Positions 1 to 13,505 of a stretch of 64,000 nt of DNA are shown piece by piece. The notes under the pieces are model-generated. The model saw only the letters and a list, made by a program, of their open reading frames with translations. It did no database searches and was not told the DNA's origin. Within the stretch, counting starts at the first letter, position 1. Every line of letters begins with the position of its first letter. The DNA comes from Nemertoderma westbladi (lineage: Eukaryota > Animalia > Xenacoelomorpha), in assembly GCA_032718475.1 (NCBI GenBank), contig JAUCBJ010005043.1, positions 74,329 through 138,328 on the forward strand. The letters are read 5' to 3'. Made by a program: the position numbers and the translations under genes.

Positions 1-729
1 TTGTATATTTTTATTAAGTGAGGGTGATAATAATTATATATTCCTCCACTTCAACGCGGGAAGTTCTTCGAATGAGTACGTAAAGGGTCTCAGGGATGGT
101 TGGCTTTACCTTCTTCTGTGTAGCGCCTTCTCGTTTTACTAACTAGTTTTAAATTGAATTTTTAAAAAAAAAAGCACCTTTGTGCCAGTCATGGCATTCC
201 TGATGGGCTTTCTATCAGTATCATTGTTTATTTTAATATTTGTGGGTGGGGTTGACTATTATATATTCATTATTGGAAGTCGACTGAATGGCATCTATAT
301 TGACATCGATTTTCTCGATGCCTGTCTACAACGACACCACTACTGTGTCGCACAATCGCACATGTCACTCTTCAACAATCGCTAATCGCATCATAGGTCA
401 TAGGTCATATGTTTAACAGCACATCTTTAAATCTCTTTTGTTAGTTAGGGTTGGTTAGATCGTCTTTGCAGTGCTAATACTTGACCGTTGGATTCTGTCC
501 TATCTAAACACAAACACACCAAAGATAGGCAGACTACTGGTAAAGATGGGGTGATGGTACCCCCTACTGGCACAAGAAGTAGAGGAAATCCAGCAAAGTA
601 CCTTAATGATAGACTTTGCTGATGACATAGGGGTAGGTCTACTGTCAGCCGTCTTCTGCTATATGGGATCATGGATCAGAAAGTCAGGTGAAGACCTTCG
701 AATACGTAAGGGGAAGTTAAATAGTCTAT

Positions 730-1030
730 CCAGACTCTACTCAGACTCTATACAATGTTGGAGGTGTTCCATTACTCTTCCCTAGCTTGACACTTGAACT
801 TAACCGCCACCACTTTGTAGGACATTGCTTTCGCCGTGAGGACCGCCAGTGCATAATCTTGTGCTTTGGCGCCCTCATGGAACGAATAAGCATGGTGGAC
901 AGCCCATGACTTACTTGAGACTCATCTTAAAGGACACTGGCCTTGAAGATGCGGATGATCTAGAAAATGTCATGGGTTATAGGGAGTTATGAGGAGGCGC
1001 AATTTTGTCGCCAAGTCGGCACAGCGTTCT
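730..1030 (+). mobile_element. Decayed 3' fragment of an RTE-clade non-LTR retrotransposon
   Basis: Degenerate frame (..FVGHCFRRED..LVLWRP-HG..G-P..DTGLEDADDL..MG-R-L) typical of RTE C-termini; similar to the inverted copy at 6066-6540. Confidence 0.6.
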
Positions 1031-1146
1031 TAATATATATGTAATATATATATAATGCAGCTGCAATGCAGCATGCCGATCGTAGTTGTAGGATACTGGT
1101 CGTGGATCATGAATGCAGTAGACAGTAGACACAAATAGAACATTTC

Positions 1147-3982
1147 CTGTATGCTCCATATGTAACTGTATGCTCCATATGTAACTGTATGCTCCGTATG
1201 TACCCGTATGCTCCATATGTAACTGTATGCTCCGTATCTAGCTGTATGCTCTGTATGTACCTGTATGCTCCGTATGTACCTGTATGCTCCGAATGCTCCT
1301 TATGTACCTGTATGCTCCGTATGTACCTGTATGCTCCGTATGTACCTGTATGCTCCGAATGCTCCTTATGTACCTGTATGCTCCGTATGTACCTGTATGC
1401 TCCATATGTAACTGTATGCTCCGTATGTACCTGAATGCTCCGTATGTACATGTATGCTCCTTATGTACCTGTATGCTCCGTATGTAACTGTATACTCTTA
1501 TGTACCTGTATGCTCCATATGTAACTGTATGCTCCGTATGTACCCGTATTCTCCGTATGTACCTGTATGCTCCTTATGTACCTGTATGCTCCGTATGTAG
1601 CTGTATGCTCCATATGTAACTGTATGCTCCGTATGTACCTGTATGCTGCGTATGTACCTGTATGCTCCGAATGCTCCTTATGTACCTGTATGCTCCGTAT
1701 GTACCTGTATGCTCCGTATGTACCTGTATGCTCCGAATGCTCCTTATGTACCTGTATGCTCCGTATGTACCTGAATGCTCCGTATGTACATGTATGCTCC
1801 TTATGTACCTGTATGCTCCGTATGTAACTGTATACTCTTATGTACCTGTATGCTCCATATGTAACTGTATGCTCCGTATGTACCCGTATTCTCCGTATGT
1901 ACCTGTATGCTCCTTATGTACCTGTATGCTCCGTATGTAGCTGTATGCTCCATATGTAACTGTATGCTCCGTATGTACCTGTATGCTCCGTATGTACCTG
2001 TATGCTCCGAATGCTCCTTATGTACCTGTATGCTCCGTATGTACCTGTATGCTCCGTATGTACCTGTATGCTCCGAATGCTCCTTATGTACCTGTATGCT
2101 CCGTATGTACCTGTATGCTCCATATGTAACTGTATGCTCCGTATGTACCTGAATGCTCCGTATGTACATGTATGCTCCTTATGTACCTGTATGCTCCGTA
2201 TGTAACTGTATACTCTTATGTACCTGTATGCTCCATATGTAACTGTATGCTCCGTATGTAATGGTATTCTCCGTATGTACCTGTATGCTCCTTATGTACC
2301 TGTATGCTCCATATGTAACTGTATGCTCCTTATGTACCTGTATGCTCCGTATGTACCTATATGCTCCGTATGTACCTGTATGCTCGGTATGTACCTGTAT
2401 GCTCCTTATGTACCTGTATGCTCCTTATGTACCTGTATGCTCCATATATGTAACTGTATGCTCCGTATGTACCTGTATGCTCCGTATGTACCCGAATTCT
2501 CCGTATGTATGTATGCTCCTTATGTACCTGTATGCTCCGTATGTACCTGTATGCTCCATATGTAACTGTATGCTCCGTATGTACCCGAATTCTCCGTATG
2601 TATGTATGCTCCTTATGTACCTGTATGCTCCGTATGTACCTGTATGCTCCATATGTAACTGTATGCTCCGTATGTACCCGAATTCTCCGTATGTATGTAT
2701 GCTCCTTATGTAACTGTATGCTCCTTGTACCTGTATATGCTCCGTATGTACCTGTATGCTCCGTATGTACCTGTATGCTCCGAATGCTCCTTATGTACCT
2801 GTATGCTCCGTATGTACCTGTATGCTCCGTATGTACCTGTATGCTCCGAATGCTCCTTATGTACCTGTATGCTCCGTATGTACCTGTATGCTCCGTATGT
2901 ACCTGTATGCTCCGTATGTACCTGTATGCTCCGTATGTACCTGTATGCTCCGTATGTACCTATATGCTCCGTATGTACCTGTATGCTCCGTATGTACCTG
3001 TACGCTCCGTTTGCACCTGTATGCTCCTTATGTACCTGTATGCTCCGTATGTAACTGTATGCTCCGTATGTACCTGTATGCTGCGTATGTACCTGTATGC
3101 TCCGTATGTACCTGTACGCTCCGTTTGTACCTGTATGCTCCATATGTAACTGTATGCTCCGTATGTACCTGTATGCTCCATATGTAACTGTATGCTCCGT
3201 ATGTACCTGTATGCTCCATATGTAACTGTATGCTCCTTGTACCTGTATATGCTCCGTATGTACCTGTATGCTCCGTATGTACCTGTATGCTCCGAATGCT
3301 CCTTATGTACCTGTATGCTCCGTATGTACCTGTATGCTCCGTATGTACCTGTATGCTCCGTATGTACCTGTATGCTCCGTATGTACCTGTATGCTCCGTA
3401 TGTACCTGTACGCTCCGTTTGTACCTGTATGCTCCTTATGTACCTGTATATGCTCCGTATGTACCTGTATGCTCCGTATGTACCTGTATGCTCCGAATGC
3501 TCCTTATGTACCTGTACGCTCCGTTTGTACCTGTATGCTCCTTATGTACCTGTATATGCTCCGTATGTACCTGTATGCTCCGTATGTACCTGTATGCTCC
3601 GAATGCTCCTTATGTACCTGTACGCTCCGTTTGTACCTGTATGCTCCTTATGTACCTGTATATGCTCCGTATGTACCTGTATGCTCCGTATGTACCTGTA
3701 TGCTCCGAATGCTCCTTATGTACCTGTACGCTCCGTTTGTACCTGTATGCTCCGTATGTACCTGTACGCTCCGTTTGTACCTGTATGCTCCTTATGTACC
3801 TGTATATGCTCCGTATGTACCTGTATGCTCCGTATGTACCTGTATGCTCCGAATGCTCCTTATGTACCTGTACGCTCCGTTTGTACCTGTATGCTCCTTA
3901 TGTACCTGTATGCTCCTTATGTACCTGTATGCTCCGTTTGTACCTGTATGCTCCTTATGTACCTGTATGCTCCGTATGCTCC
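1147..3982. repeat. 19-bp minisatellite array (~145 copies), consensus TATGTACCTGTATGCTCCG
   Basis: Directly visible tandem periodicity with variant units; explains all the spurious ORFs between 977 and 4104. Confidence 0.97.
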
Positions 3983-4632
3983 TGTCCCTCGAAAGACAGT
4001 TCAGTTCCAAAGTGTGCTCTGGTCAGGTGTTGTGTTGGAGTTCTGCATCAACAAAACTAATGTTGATAATTATTATTTTAACTGCACGAAATGACTCATT
4101 ATAAATGACAAAAAATGCGCCCTCCATACCATTACTTCTAAGTTTTCACTATTTCGAAGTGTTTACCATTAACACCTGAAAGAAACCACTTAATTATCTT
4201 ATAATTATCGCATTAATCATGTACTGATGTAATTTGGATTAGGCCCTACCTAAACACTCAAACACATGGATGACCAATAATATCATACCCAATTATCCGC
4301 ATACCGATGCGTTGTACTGTAGGCCTAATACTGTATTAGTTACCCATCCCCAACGGGTAACGTATACTACATAAAAGCGAATAAGAAGAAATAAAGTCTA
4401 AGATACATATGATATGATGATCGTCATAAACTCGTCCAGACAAGTTTGTTATAGTTGCGGGAAAACAACAAATAGTTTTACGCAACTGTCCCTTTCAAGA
4501 CTACTACCACCCCACCCAGAGTTAAATAAATATAAAACTACCGGTATATATATAAATTGTAATTTTAATAGAACTTACCCTATTTTTTAGGCACCCCTTA
4601 TATAATAAGTTCTACATTGTATATTTTTTCAG

Positions 4633-4800
4633 GTGTCCACCTAATTACATTGGACAATACTGCGAGTTTCTCGATTTCGGGTCATTCAGCCAGAAAGAGG
4701 CTGGAGCCACTAATATGGCCTCCTACATCATACCAGTAGTAGTTGGTGCTATTATTATTATCGTTCTAATTGCAGCCATTATTTATATGAGACATATGAA
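4633..4800 (+). CDS. Exon of a type-I membrane protein: end of an EGF-like domain (xCPPNYIGQYCE) followed by a transmembrane helix (YIIPVVVGAIIIIVLIAAIIY)
   Basis: Acceptor ttttttcag|, donor |gtaagt, open frame with EGF C5-C6 spacing CxxxYxGxxCE, ~21-aa hydrophobic run, then basic residues (MRHMK). Confidence 0.8.
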
Positions 4801-6065
4801 GTAAGTAATATTTTATATAAGTAATTATTTACATAACTAATTATTATTAAATAATAAACATTAATATAATAATATAATAATATGTAATGCGTTTGACACA
4901 GAAAACCAAACTTTTGTTTGTATTATTATTTACAAACAAAAGTGCAGTATCACTGAAATTTATGACATTACTTAAAAGGTCACGTATTTGTCAAAACATT
5001 GGACTATTTAGCCTATGTATCTCTTCTAAGGAATTGGTTCAACTGAATGGCTTGAAATTTGGAGGGGAATTAATTTTGAATGTGTCTCAGACGTGGTAGC
5101 AGAATAAATAAAAAAAATTATTGTGATCACCAGAAATTTTCAAATTGAAAAATTTTTTTTTTTAAGTTAAAAATTCGCTAAACGAAAAAAAAGTATTTTT
5201 GTCGTTTTTTGTGATGTAACTTTTGAAATTTCTAACCTACATCTATAAATGGTGGTTCCACCTATAAAGGGTAAGTAGAAAAACATATACTTAAAATTTC
5301 ATGCAATTAGGTCCTGTGGTTCCAGAGAAACAGGTACATTAGTTAAAAATAAATAATGAAATTCTGAGATACTGTAATGGCAATTAAAGTTTTCAATCTT
5401 TTCCGCCATTTTTTGTTAAAGGAGGGATAATTCAAATTATATTTAAAAAAAGGAAGACATTCAGGCAGGCAGGCAGATAGACAGACAATCTAGAATACAT
5501 GAAACATTTAAACTGACGTGATCAGTAAACATGAAAAATCCTATAGCGAAAGTTGTACAATGCATGTGTTTCTTTAATTTTGTCAGACTGACCGACTACT
5601 GACAGGCAGACAGACAGCTATAACTCGAGCACTAAAAGAGATCTCGCTATGTCGTTTTTAGTTTTGAAATCGCCATTAAATTTTAATCCGGAATCCGTAA
5701 AAATTTTAATTTTTATCACAAACACGTGCCCTTAAAGACAAAAAGTACGCCTATGGACTGTGGCGGAATAAAGGCAACATAACATACTTTATGCAAATAG
5801 TCTGTAGCCACCAGAGAGCCAGACATGGAGTTGCAGTGTATTTTATGGGTCGATCTTAGGGACCACCATCTTTATGCGCTGTAAAACACATACCGGTAGT
5901 TCAAAATTCTAATATATATATATATTTCTACCCCAAGGGCCTCCCTCATCAGAACACCAAATTACAAAATTCTAAAACTATAATCGGTCTGAAACATTTC
6001 AGCTGCACATTGACGATATATGTATGCTATGCTCTGCCACCATGCAATCAGTCACAATTGCATTA

Positions 6066-6540
6066 AGAATGCTTTGCCGGTTTATCGACAAAATTGCACC
6101 GCCACAACTCCCTATCCCCCATGTCTTTCGCGAGATTATCCGCATCTTCAAGACCAGTGTCCATTAGGAGGCGTCTCAAGAAAGGCATGGGCTGTCCACC
6201 ATGCTTATTTTCTCCATGGGGCTGCCTAAGCACAAGATTGTACACAGGCTGGTCCTCACGGCGAAAGCAATGTCCTGCAAAGCGGAAGCGGCTTTGTTCA
6301 CTTGAACTTGGGGAACCAATGAGACATCTCCAATATTATATAGTGTCTGATTGGAGATGTGTTGTACAGTACTTGGCGCAGCATTCTTGTGAAAGTGTCA
6401 GCCAGGGATTTGGTGTTCTCTGCAGTTAGAGCCCAGCATGGACACCCATAAGAGTACTGGTACTACTGTACTGCTGCTCTAAATAATCAAATTGCCTGTG
6501 TTTCTTGGTGACCTTCAAATCCTGGACAGCCCATATAAAG
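6066..6540 (-). mobile_element. Decayed RTE-clade LINE 3' fragment
   Basis: Minus-strand RRFRFAGHCFRR and LVLRQPHG..GQP..LLMDTGL..MGDRELWR motifs. Confidence 0.7.
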
Positions 6541-7007
6541 CTCATAGGTGCGCCTCATAGGATCGCCTACCCAGGCGAGTGTAGACTACATAAACTGTAC
6601 AAAATACAAATAATTATATTGCGCTAGAGGCCGTATTGGGAAAAAACTAAATCTGTCTAAAAACACTGGCTGCGTACAAAAACTACCTCCAGGGTCAGTA
6701 TAATACCTGGTTACGATACGTATACAGTAATATAGAAAATATATCTATCAGAAATATATTAGAATTTTAAACTAGATGTTTAATGCAAAATTAATTATGT
6801 CTACTTTCCTCTAGGTTACTGTACTACTAAAAATATTTCTTAGACTACTCCATAGCGAATAAATTCTTCAACCGACCTGGTGGATCTAAAATCTGTAACT
6901 TAAGGCAAAATGAAAACGAAAAACAGCAAAGGCCAAACGATGCCGAGAATGAAAAGTATTCTAATAAAATCAGTTATGTAAGTTTTTAATATTTCTTTAT
7001 AATTTAG

Positions 7008-7179
7008 AAGTAAATACCGGCTGCACACGTCTGACAAAGATACTATATTGGAGTCTGGAACTCTGTCGACCATTAATAGTAAGAACAATGGAGATGGTAA
7101 ATGGAACGGAAGAACAAATAATTCGTTACAACCTGACTCCACTAGCGGGGAACCGTCGAACTCTCAGGTTGGCCGCTAA
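7008..7179 (+). CDS. Probable terminal exon (cytoplasmic tail KSKYRLHTSDKD...SQVGR*) of the EGF/TM gene
   Basis: Acceptor tttataatttag|; phase 2 matches the 4800 donor (AA|A=Lys); open to TAA at 7177-7179. Confidence 0.5.
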
Positions 7180-8611
7180 GTGTCCTATCTCAATGTTGCA
7201 TGCGGTGATCTGCATGTTGATGTTTTCATTGACAATCCTTCTCTGACATACGAGACTTTACGTTACCGGTACCCATGCGTGCAACCGTGTACTGCATCAT
7301 ACTGCGGTATATTACGTGACTAAATGTTGTTTCACTTTCAGTTTATGTTGATTGACATACTTAAATGGCCTTTATCACATTTTCACCGATTGAATATCGT
7401 TTTTAGAGTACTTGAATGTATTTGTTATAGTTTTAAATCTTAGGATTTTTTATTGATATGATTTTTGCAGTAAATTAATATTATTTTCTCTTATTTTTGC
7501 TGATTTTGTAACTTTTTGACATTACCGTAAGGTGCAGCTCATCGTAAGTTATTCCATTGAAATAATTATTGTAACTTCAGGAACGAAATATTAGGCCTTA
7601 CAAATTTCGTAATAATTTTATAATCCGTAGCCTATTAAATTGGTGTAATAATAATAAGAGTTACAATAAATAGTGACTTTGCCGCTTCACCGAGCTGATC
7701 TTTGTTCGTTTTGACTCACGTCAGTCTTTTTAATTACGAGATATTTCATTAAGAAAAGTAAACATCTCGTTTATTCGACCCCGTTTGAACATATTTAGTG
7801 ATATTTCTCTACAAGAATCTGGCCGAATCTGACAGAACTTAATCGAACTGGGCCGCCAAATGAAAGATCATTTAGAAACAACAATAAATTATTTATGCAC
7901 GCTACTGTAGGTGAAATAAATATTTAATTTAATTCTAGTTTTATTACATTTAAAAAGTTGTTACTTCGCTAAGCTAATTTTTTTCTTCCCATAATACAAC
8001 AACACTGCAGCACTAGTGATTTTACCTGAAACGATAGCAGGTGTATAGATTGTATGTATAAATGAATAAATACAGAGCAAATTCGTAAAAAATACTGGGC
8101 AAAAACTAATAAATACAGGGCATTTAGGAATTATACATGGCATAATAAGTAGAAAATATAAGGCATGAAAAATATGTTTCATGTTATGTTAAATATTATC
8201 TTATGGTGAATTAAATTTAATTTAACGATATATTAATGCTAATATGTATTTATATAAAACATAATTAATTATAATATTATTTTCGCCTGGGTGCTTTTAA
8301 ATTATCTTTCATTTAACGGTCAATGTCACCTCGTTTTCAATCTATTTCGATCCAGGTTCGTGTAAAGAGAGTTCTATTCCGCATATTTGGCACAAATAAT
8401 GATGAGTTCATTTAGTAAACTTTGAGGCAATTAATGAAAACGATTAAATCGATTATTTGTAATTCGATAAATTTGGATTTTCGGAAGTAAAATAATTATG
8501 ACATTCATAACGTAAAGAAAGTTTAATTAACGTATTTTTACATTAAAAGATGCCACTTATCTGTTTTCCGTACCGGTTTTTAAACTCAAAAACTGTACTG
8601 TATACGTTGAA

Positions 8612-9028
8612 CAGGGCCGGATTAAGGTTATATGGCTAATGTCCAATGAGTCCCTCGAATGCTAGTGCCATACCAGCGAAATTTTTTGAATTTGAAAATT
8701 GTTAAAAGCATTTATTTCTACAATTAATGGCAACAGCCCCTATAGTAATTAACTGCTCTACTGCTCAGAGTTTAAAAACCCATAACTGCAAGTTCAATGG
8801 CAGTGAATTAGTAATATTAATGACTCCCTCTGTAAGATTACATGTAAACCGCTAAAATTCATGGTTTTTAAGTCAAAGAATGGTTTCCATAGTTTCAATT
8901 TTACATTATTTATTGATTTCTAATTTTTAATTTGCACCTCCTTTACATGTTATTGGAATTGGGGGGCCCCAAAAAGTCGGGGGCCCCTTGGCTATAGCCT
9001 AGCTAGCCTAGTCCATATTCCAGCCCTG
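8612..9028. mobile_element. hAT-like MITE
   Basis: Ends CAGGGCCGGA...TCCAGCCCTG; 8-bp flanks ACGTTGAA / ACTTTGAA (1 mismatch). Confidence 0.6.
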
Positions 9029-10243
9029 ACTTTGAATGATAATGAAATATTTTATATCATTATATTATTTGTTTACCAAGCATTTCGATACAATATATAG
9101 CCTACAATATAATATAGCCAGCGGCGTCGAAGTAGCCTACGTCAACGTCAAATATATGCAATTAAAATCGATAAGTGGGACACATAATTATTATTTAGCC
9201 GCAATTTTTTCGGACTCACTTTTTTTACTTTTTTAATTACTGTGTATTCCCACCTGATTTAATAAATTTCAAAATAAATATGAAAATGCATTGGATATTA
9301 TTGTGTATAACAGTAGTTACTTTACAAGATAGTTATTTAACTTTATCTTATTGTGTATTTATTATTTAATAATTATAATAAAATAGCTCATTAAATTAAT
9401 TACTTTATACAACGTATTTTATTTCCGAGATTACTTGTTATTATAGGAGACCAGACCACTATCCCGTGGTGAACACAACTGATGCCCTAATTATTTACTA
9501 ACTTAACAATTAATTACTGTATTGAGTTTTGAATTTTCGTTGTAACAGTAACATTTATCACGGCCATCGAAACAAACCGGTCGATGGGAAGCAATTTAAA
9601 GCGGAGATTCGATTCCAAATAACTTCAGGCGATAATAAGGGTACAAGGCGATAATGGGTACGCGAATTTGGTACCGATGTAACAGCAAAATATGCCTCCC
9701 GTGGCATTTTTTCCTAGGAAATAATGCCCCCCCCCCCCTTGGAAATTATGCCCCCCCCCCATGAATTACACTATTTTATTGAAGACTGTCTGGCTCTTAT
9801 GCACAACTGAACCCAGCCTATTAAACAATGAAAGAGACCCCAAACCAACACCAACCATTACTTTGGGGACTGTTGTTTTGAACGCTTTTATAATATAGGC
9901 CCTTCCGCTTATTTTATGAAACGCCTTACAAATTTTTTTTATAAACATTTTTTTTTCATAAATAAGTGAAACTCGTCATAAACTCCAAGGGAAAGGAGCA
10001 GGCTACAGAGGCAGGCTTTTCTAACCAAAACAATATACAGCCACTTTACCAATTGAGGGAAAGAAGCAGGTTACAGATGCGAGCTTTTCGAAGCAAAACA
10101 ATAAACAATCATCAGTTATAGTCACTCTATAACCAAAAAAATCAGGCAGTCAAGCAAATAGGTACCGGCTGACCGGTACGGAGGTGTAGAAAGACAATTA
10201 GAAACGGTTGATACAACGGTCCCTAAAGTAACAAGACCCCTGT

Positions 10244-13200
10244 TCTACATTCCGTACCGATACCTCAGTACCTTCGTATCTACTCTACATTTCGTACCGG
10301 TACCTCAGTACCTCCGTATCTACTCTACATTCCGTACCGGTACCTCAGTACCTCCGTATCTACTCTACATTCCGTACCAGTACCTCAGTACCTCCGTATC
10401 TCCTCTACATCCCGTACCGGTACCTCAGTACCTCCGTATCTACTCTACATTCCGTACCGGTACCTCAGTACCTCCGTATCTACTCTACATTTCGTACCGG
10501 TACCTCAGTACCTCCGTATCTACTCTACATTCCGTACCGGTACCTCAGTACCTCCGTATCTACTCTACATTCCGTACCAGTACCTCAGTACCTCCGTATC
10601 TCCTCTACATCCCGTACCGGTACCTCAGTACCTCCGTATCTACTCTACATTCCGTACCGGTACCTCAGTACCTCCGTATCTACTCTACATTTCGTACCGG
10701 TACCTCAGTACCTCCGTATCTACTCTACATTCCGTACCGGTACCTCAGTACCTCCGTATCTACTCTACATTCCGTACCAGTACCTCAGTACCTCCGTATC
10801 TACTCTACATTTCGTACCGGTACCTCAGTACCTCCGTATCTAATCTACATTCCGTACCGGTACCTCAGTACCTTCGTATCTACTCTACATTCCGTACCGG
10901 TACCTCAGTACCTCCGTATCTAATCTACATTCCGTACCGGTACCTCAGTACCTCCGTATCTACTCTACATTCCGTACCGGTACCTCAGTACCTCCGTATC
11001 TACTCTACATTTCGTACCGGTACCTCAGTACCTCCGTATCTCCTCTACATCCCGTACCGGTACCTCAGTACCTCCGTATCCACTCTACATTCCGTACCGG
11101 TACCTCCGTATCTACTCTACATTCCGTACCGGTACCTCAGTACCTCCGTATCCACTCTACATTCCGTACCGGTACCTCCGTATCTACTCTACATTCCGTA
11201 CCGGTACCTCAGTACCTCCGTATCTCCTCTACATCCCGTACCGGTACCTCAGTACCTCCGTATCCACTCTACATTCCGTACCGGTACCTCCGTATCTACT
11301 CTACATTCCGTACCGGTACCTCAGTACCTCCGTATCTCCTCTACATCCCGTACCGGTACCTCAGTACCTCCGTATCCACTCTACATTCCGTACCGGTACC
11401 TCCGTATCCACTCTACATTCCGTACCGGTACCTCCGTATCTACTCTACATTCCGTACCGGTACCTCAGTACCTCCGTATCTACTCTACATTCCGTACCAG
11501 TACCTCAGTACCTCCGTATCTCCTCTACATCCCGTACCGGTACCTCAGTACCTCCGTATCCACTCTACATTCCGTACCGGTACCTCCGTATCTACTCTAC
11601 ATTCCGTACCGGTACCTTCGTATCTACTCTACATTCCGTACCGGTACCTTCGTATCTACTCTACATTCCGTACCGGTACCTCAGTACCTCCGTATCTACT
11701 CTACATTCCGTACCAGTACCTCAGTACCTCCGTATCTCCTCTACATCCCGTACCGGTACCTCAGTACCTCCGTATCTACTCTACATTCCGTACCGGTACC
11801 TCCGTATCTACTCTACATTCCGTACCGGTACCTCCGTATCTACTCTACATTTCGTACCGGTACCTCAGTACCTCCGTATCTACTCTACATTCCGTACCGG
11901 TACCTCAGTACCTCCGTATCTACTCTACATTCCGTACCAGTACCTCAGTACCTCCGTATCTCCTCTACATCCCGTACCGGTACCTCAGTACCTCCGTATC
12001 TACTCTACATTCCGTACCGGTACCTCCGTATCTACTCTACATTCCGTACCGGTACCTTCGTATCTACTCTACATTCCGTACCGGTACCTCAGTACCTCCG
12101 TATCTACTCTACATTCCGTACCAGTACCTCAGTACCTCCGTATCTACTCTACATTCCGTACCGGTACCCCAGTACCTCCGTATCTACTCTACATTCCGTA
12201 CCGGTACCTCAGTACCTCCGTATCTACTCTACATTTCGTACCGGTACCTTCGTATCTACTCTACATTCCGTACCGGTACCTCAGTACCTCCGTATCTACT
12301 CTACATTCCGTACCGGTACCTCAGTACCTCCGTATCTACTCTACATTCCGTACCGGTACCTCAGTACCTCAGTACCTTCGTATCTACTCTACATTCCGTA
12401 CCATTACCTCAGTACCTCCGTATCTAATCTACATTCCGTACCGGTACCTCAGTACCTTCGTATCTACTCTACATTCCGTACCGGTACCCCAGTACCTCCG
12501 TATCTATCTACATTCCGTACCGGTACCTCCGTATCTAATCTACATTCCGTACCGGTACCTCAGTACCTTCGTATCTACTCTACATTCCGTACCGGTACCC
12601 CAGTACCTCCGTATCTATCTACATTCCGTACCGGTACCTCCGTATCTACTTACATTCCGTACCGGTACCTCAGTACCTTCGTATCTACTCTACATTCCGT
12701 ACCGGTACCCCAGTACCTCCGTATCTATCTACATTCCGTACCGGTACCTCAGTACCTCCGTATCTACTCTACATTCCGTGCCGGTACCTCCGTATCTACT
12801 CTACATTCCGTACCGGTACCTCAGTACCTTCGTATCTACTCTACATTCCGTACCGGTACCTCAGTACCTTCGTATCTACTCTACATTCCGTACCGGTACC
12901 TCAGTACCTCCGTATCTATCTACATTCCGTACCGGTACCTCAGTACCTCCATATCTACTCTACATTCCATACCGGTACCTCAGTATCTACTCTACATTCC
13001 GTACCAGTACCTTCGTATCTACTCTACATTCCGTACCAGTACCTCCGTATCTACTCTACATTCCGTACCGGTACCTCAGTACCTCCGTATCTACTCTACA
13101 TTCCGTACCGGTACCTCAGTACCTCCGTATCTACTCTACATTCCGTAGCGGTACCTCAGTACCTCCGTTTACATTCCGTACCGGTACCTTCGTATCTACT

Positions 13201-13466
13201 CTACATTCAGTACCGGTACCTCCGTATCTACTCTACATTCCGTACCAGTACCTCCGTACCTTCGTATCTACTCTACATTCCGTACCGGTACCTCCGTACC
13301 TTCTTATCTACTCTACATTCCGTACCGGTACCTCAGTACCTTCGTATCTACTCAACATTCCGTACCGGTACCTCAGTACCTTTGTATCTACTCTACATTC
13401 CGTACCGGTACCTCAGTACCTCCGTATCTACTCTACATTCCGTACCAGTACCTCCGTACCTTCGTA

Positions 13467-13505
<39 letters not shown>

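Noticed and set aside
3976-4026. CSCPSKDSSVPKCALVR as the upstream EGF exon
   Set aside because: Phase fits, but the donor (GTGTTG) is weak, no acceptor is evident and cysteine spacing is not EGF-like
977-4104. Many Cys/Tyr/Met-rich ORFs
   Set aside because: Translations of the 19-bp minisatellite in all frames; no coding signal
6845-6977. Extra exon of the EGF/TM gene
   Set aside because: Open only in a phase incompatible with the 4800 donor and would leave a 30-nt intron
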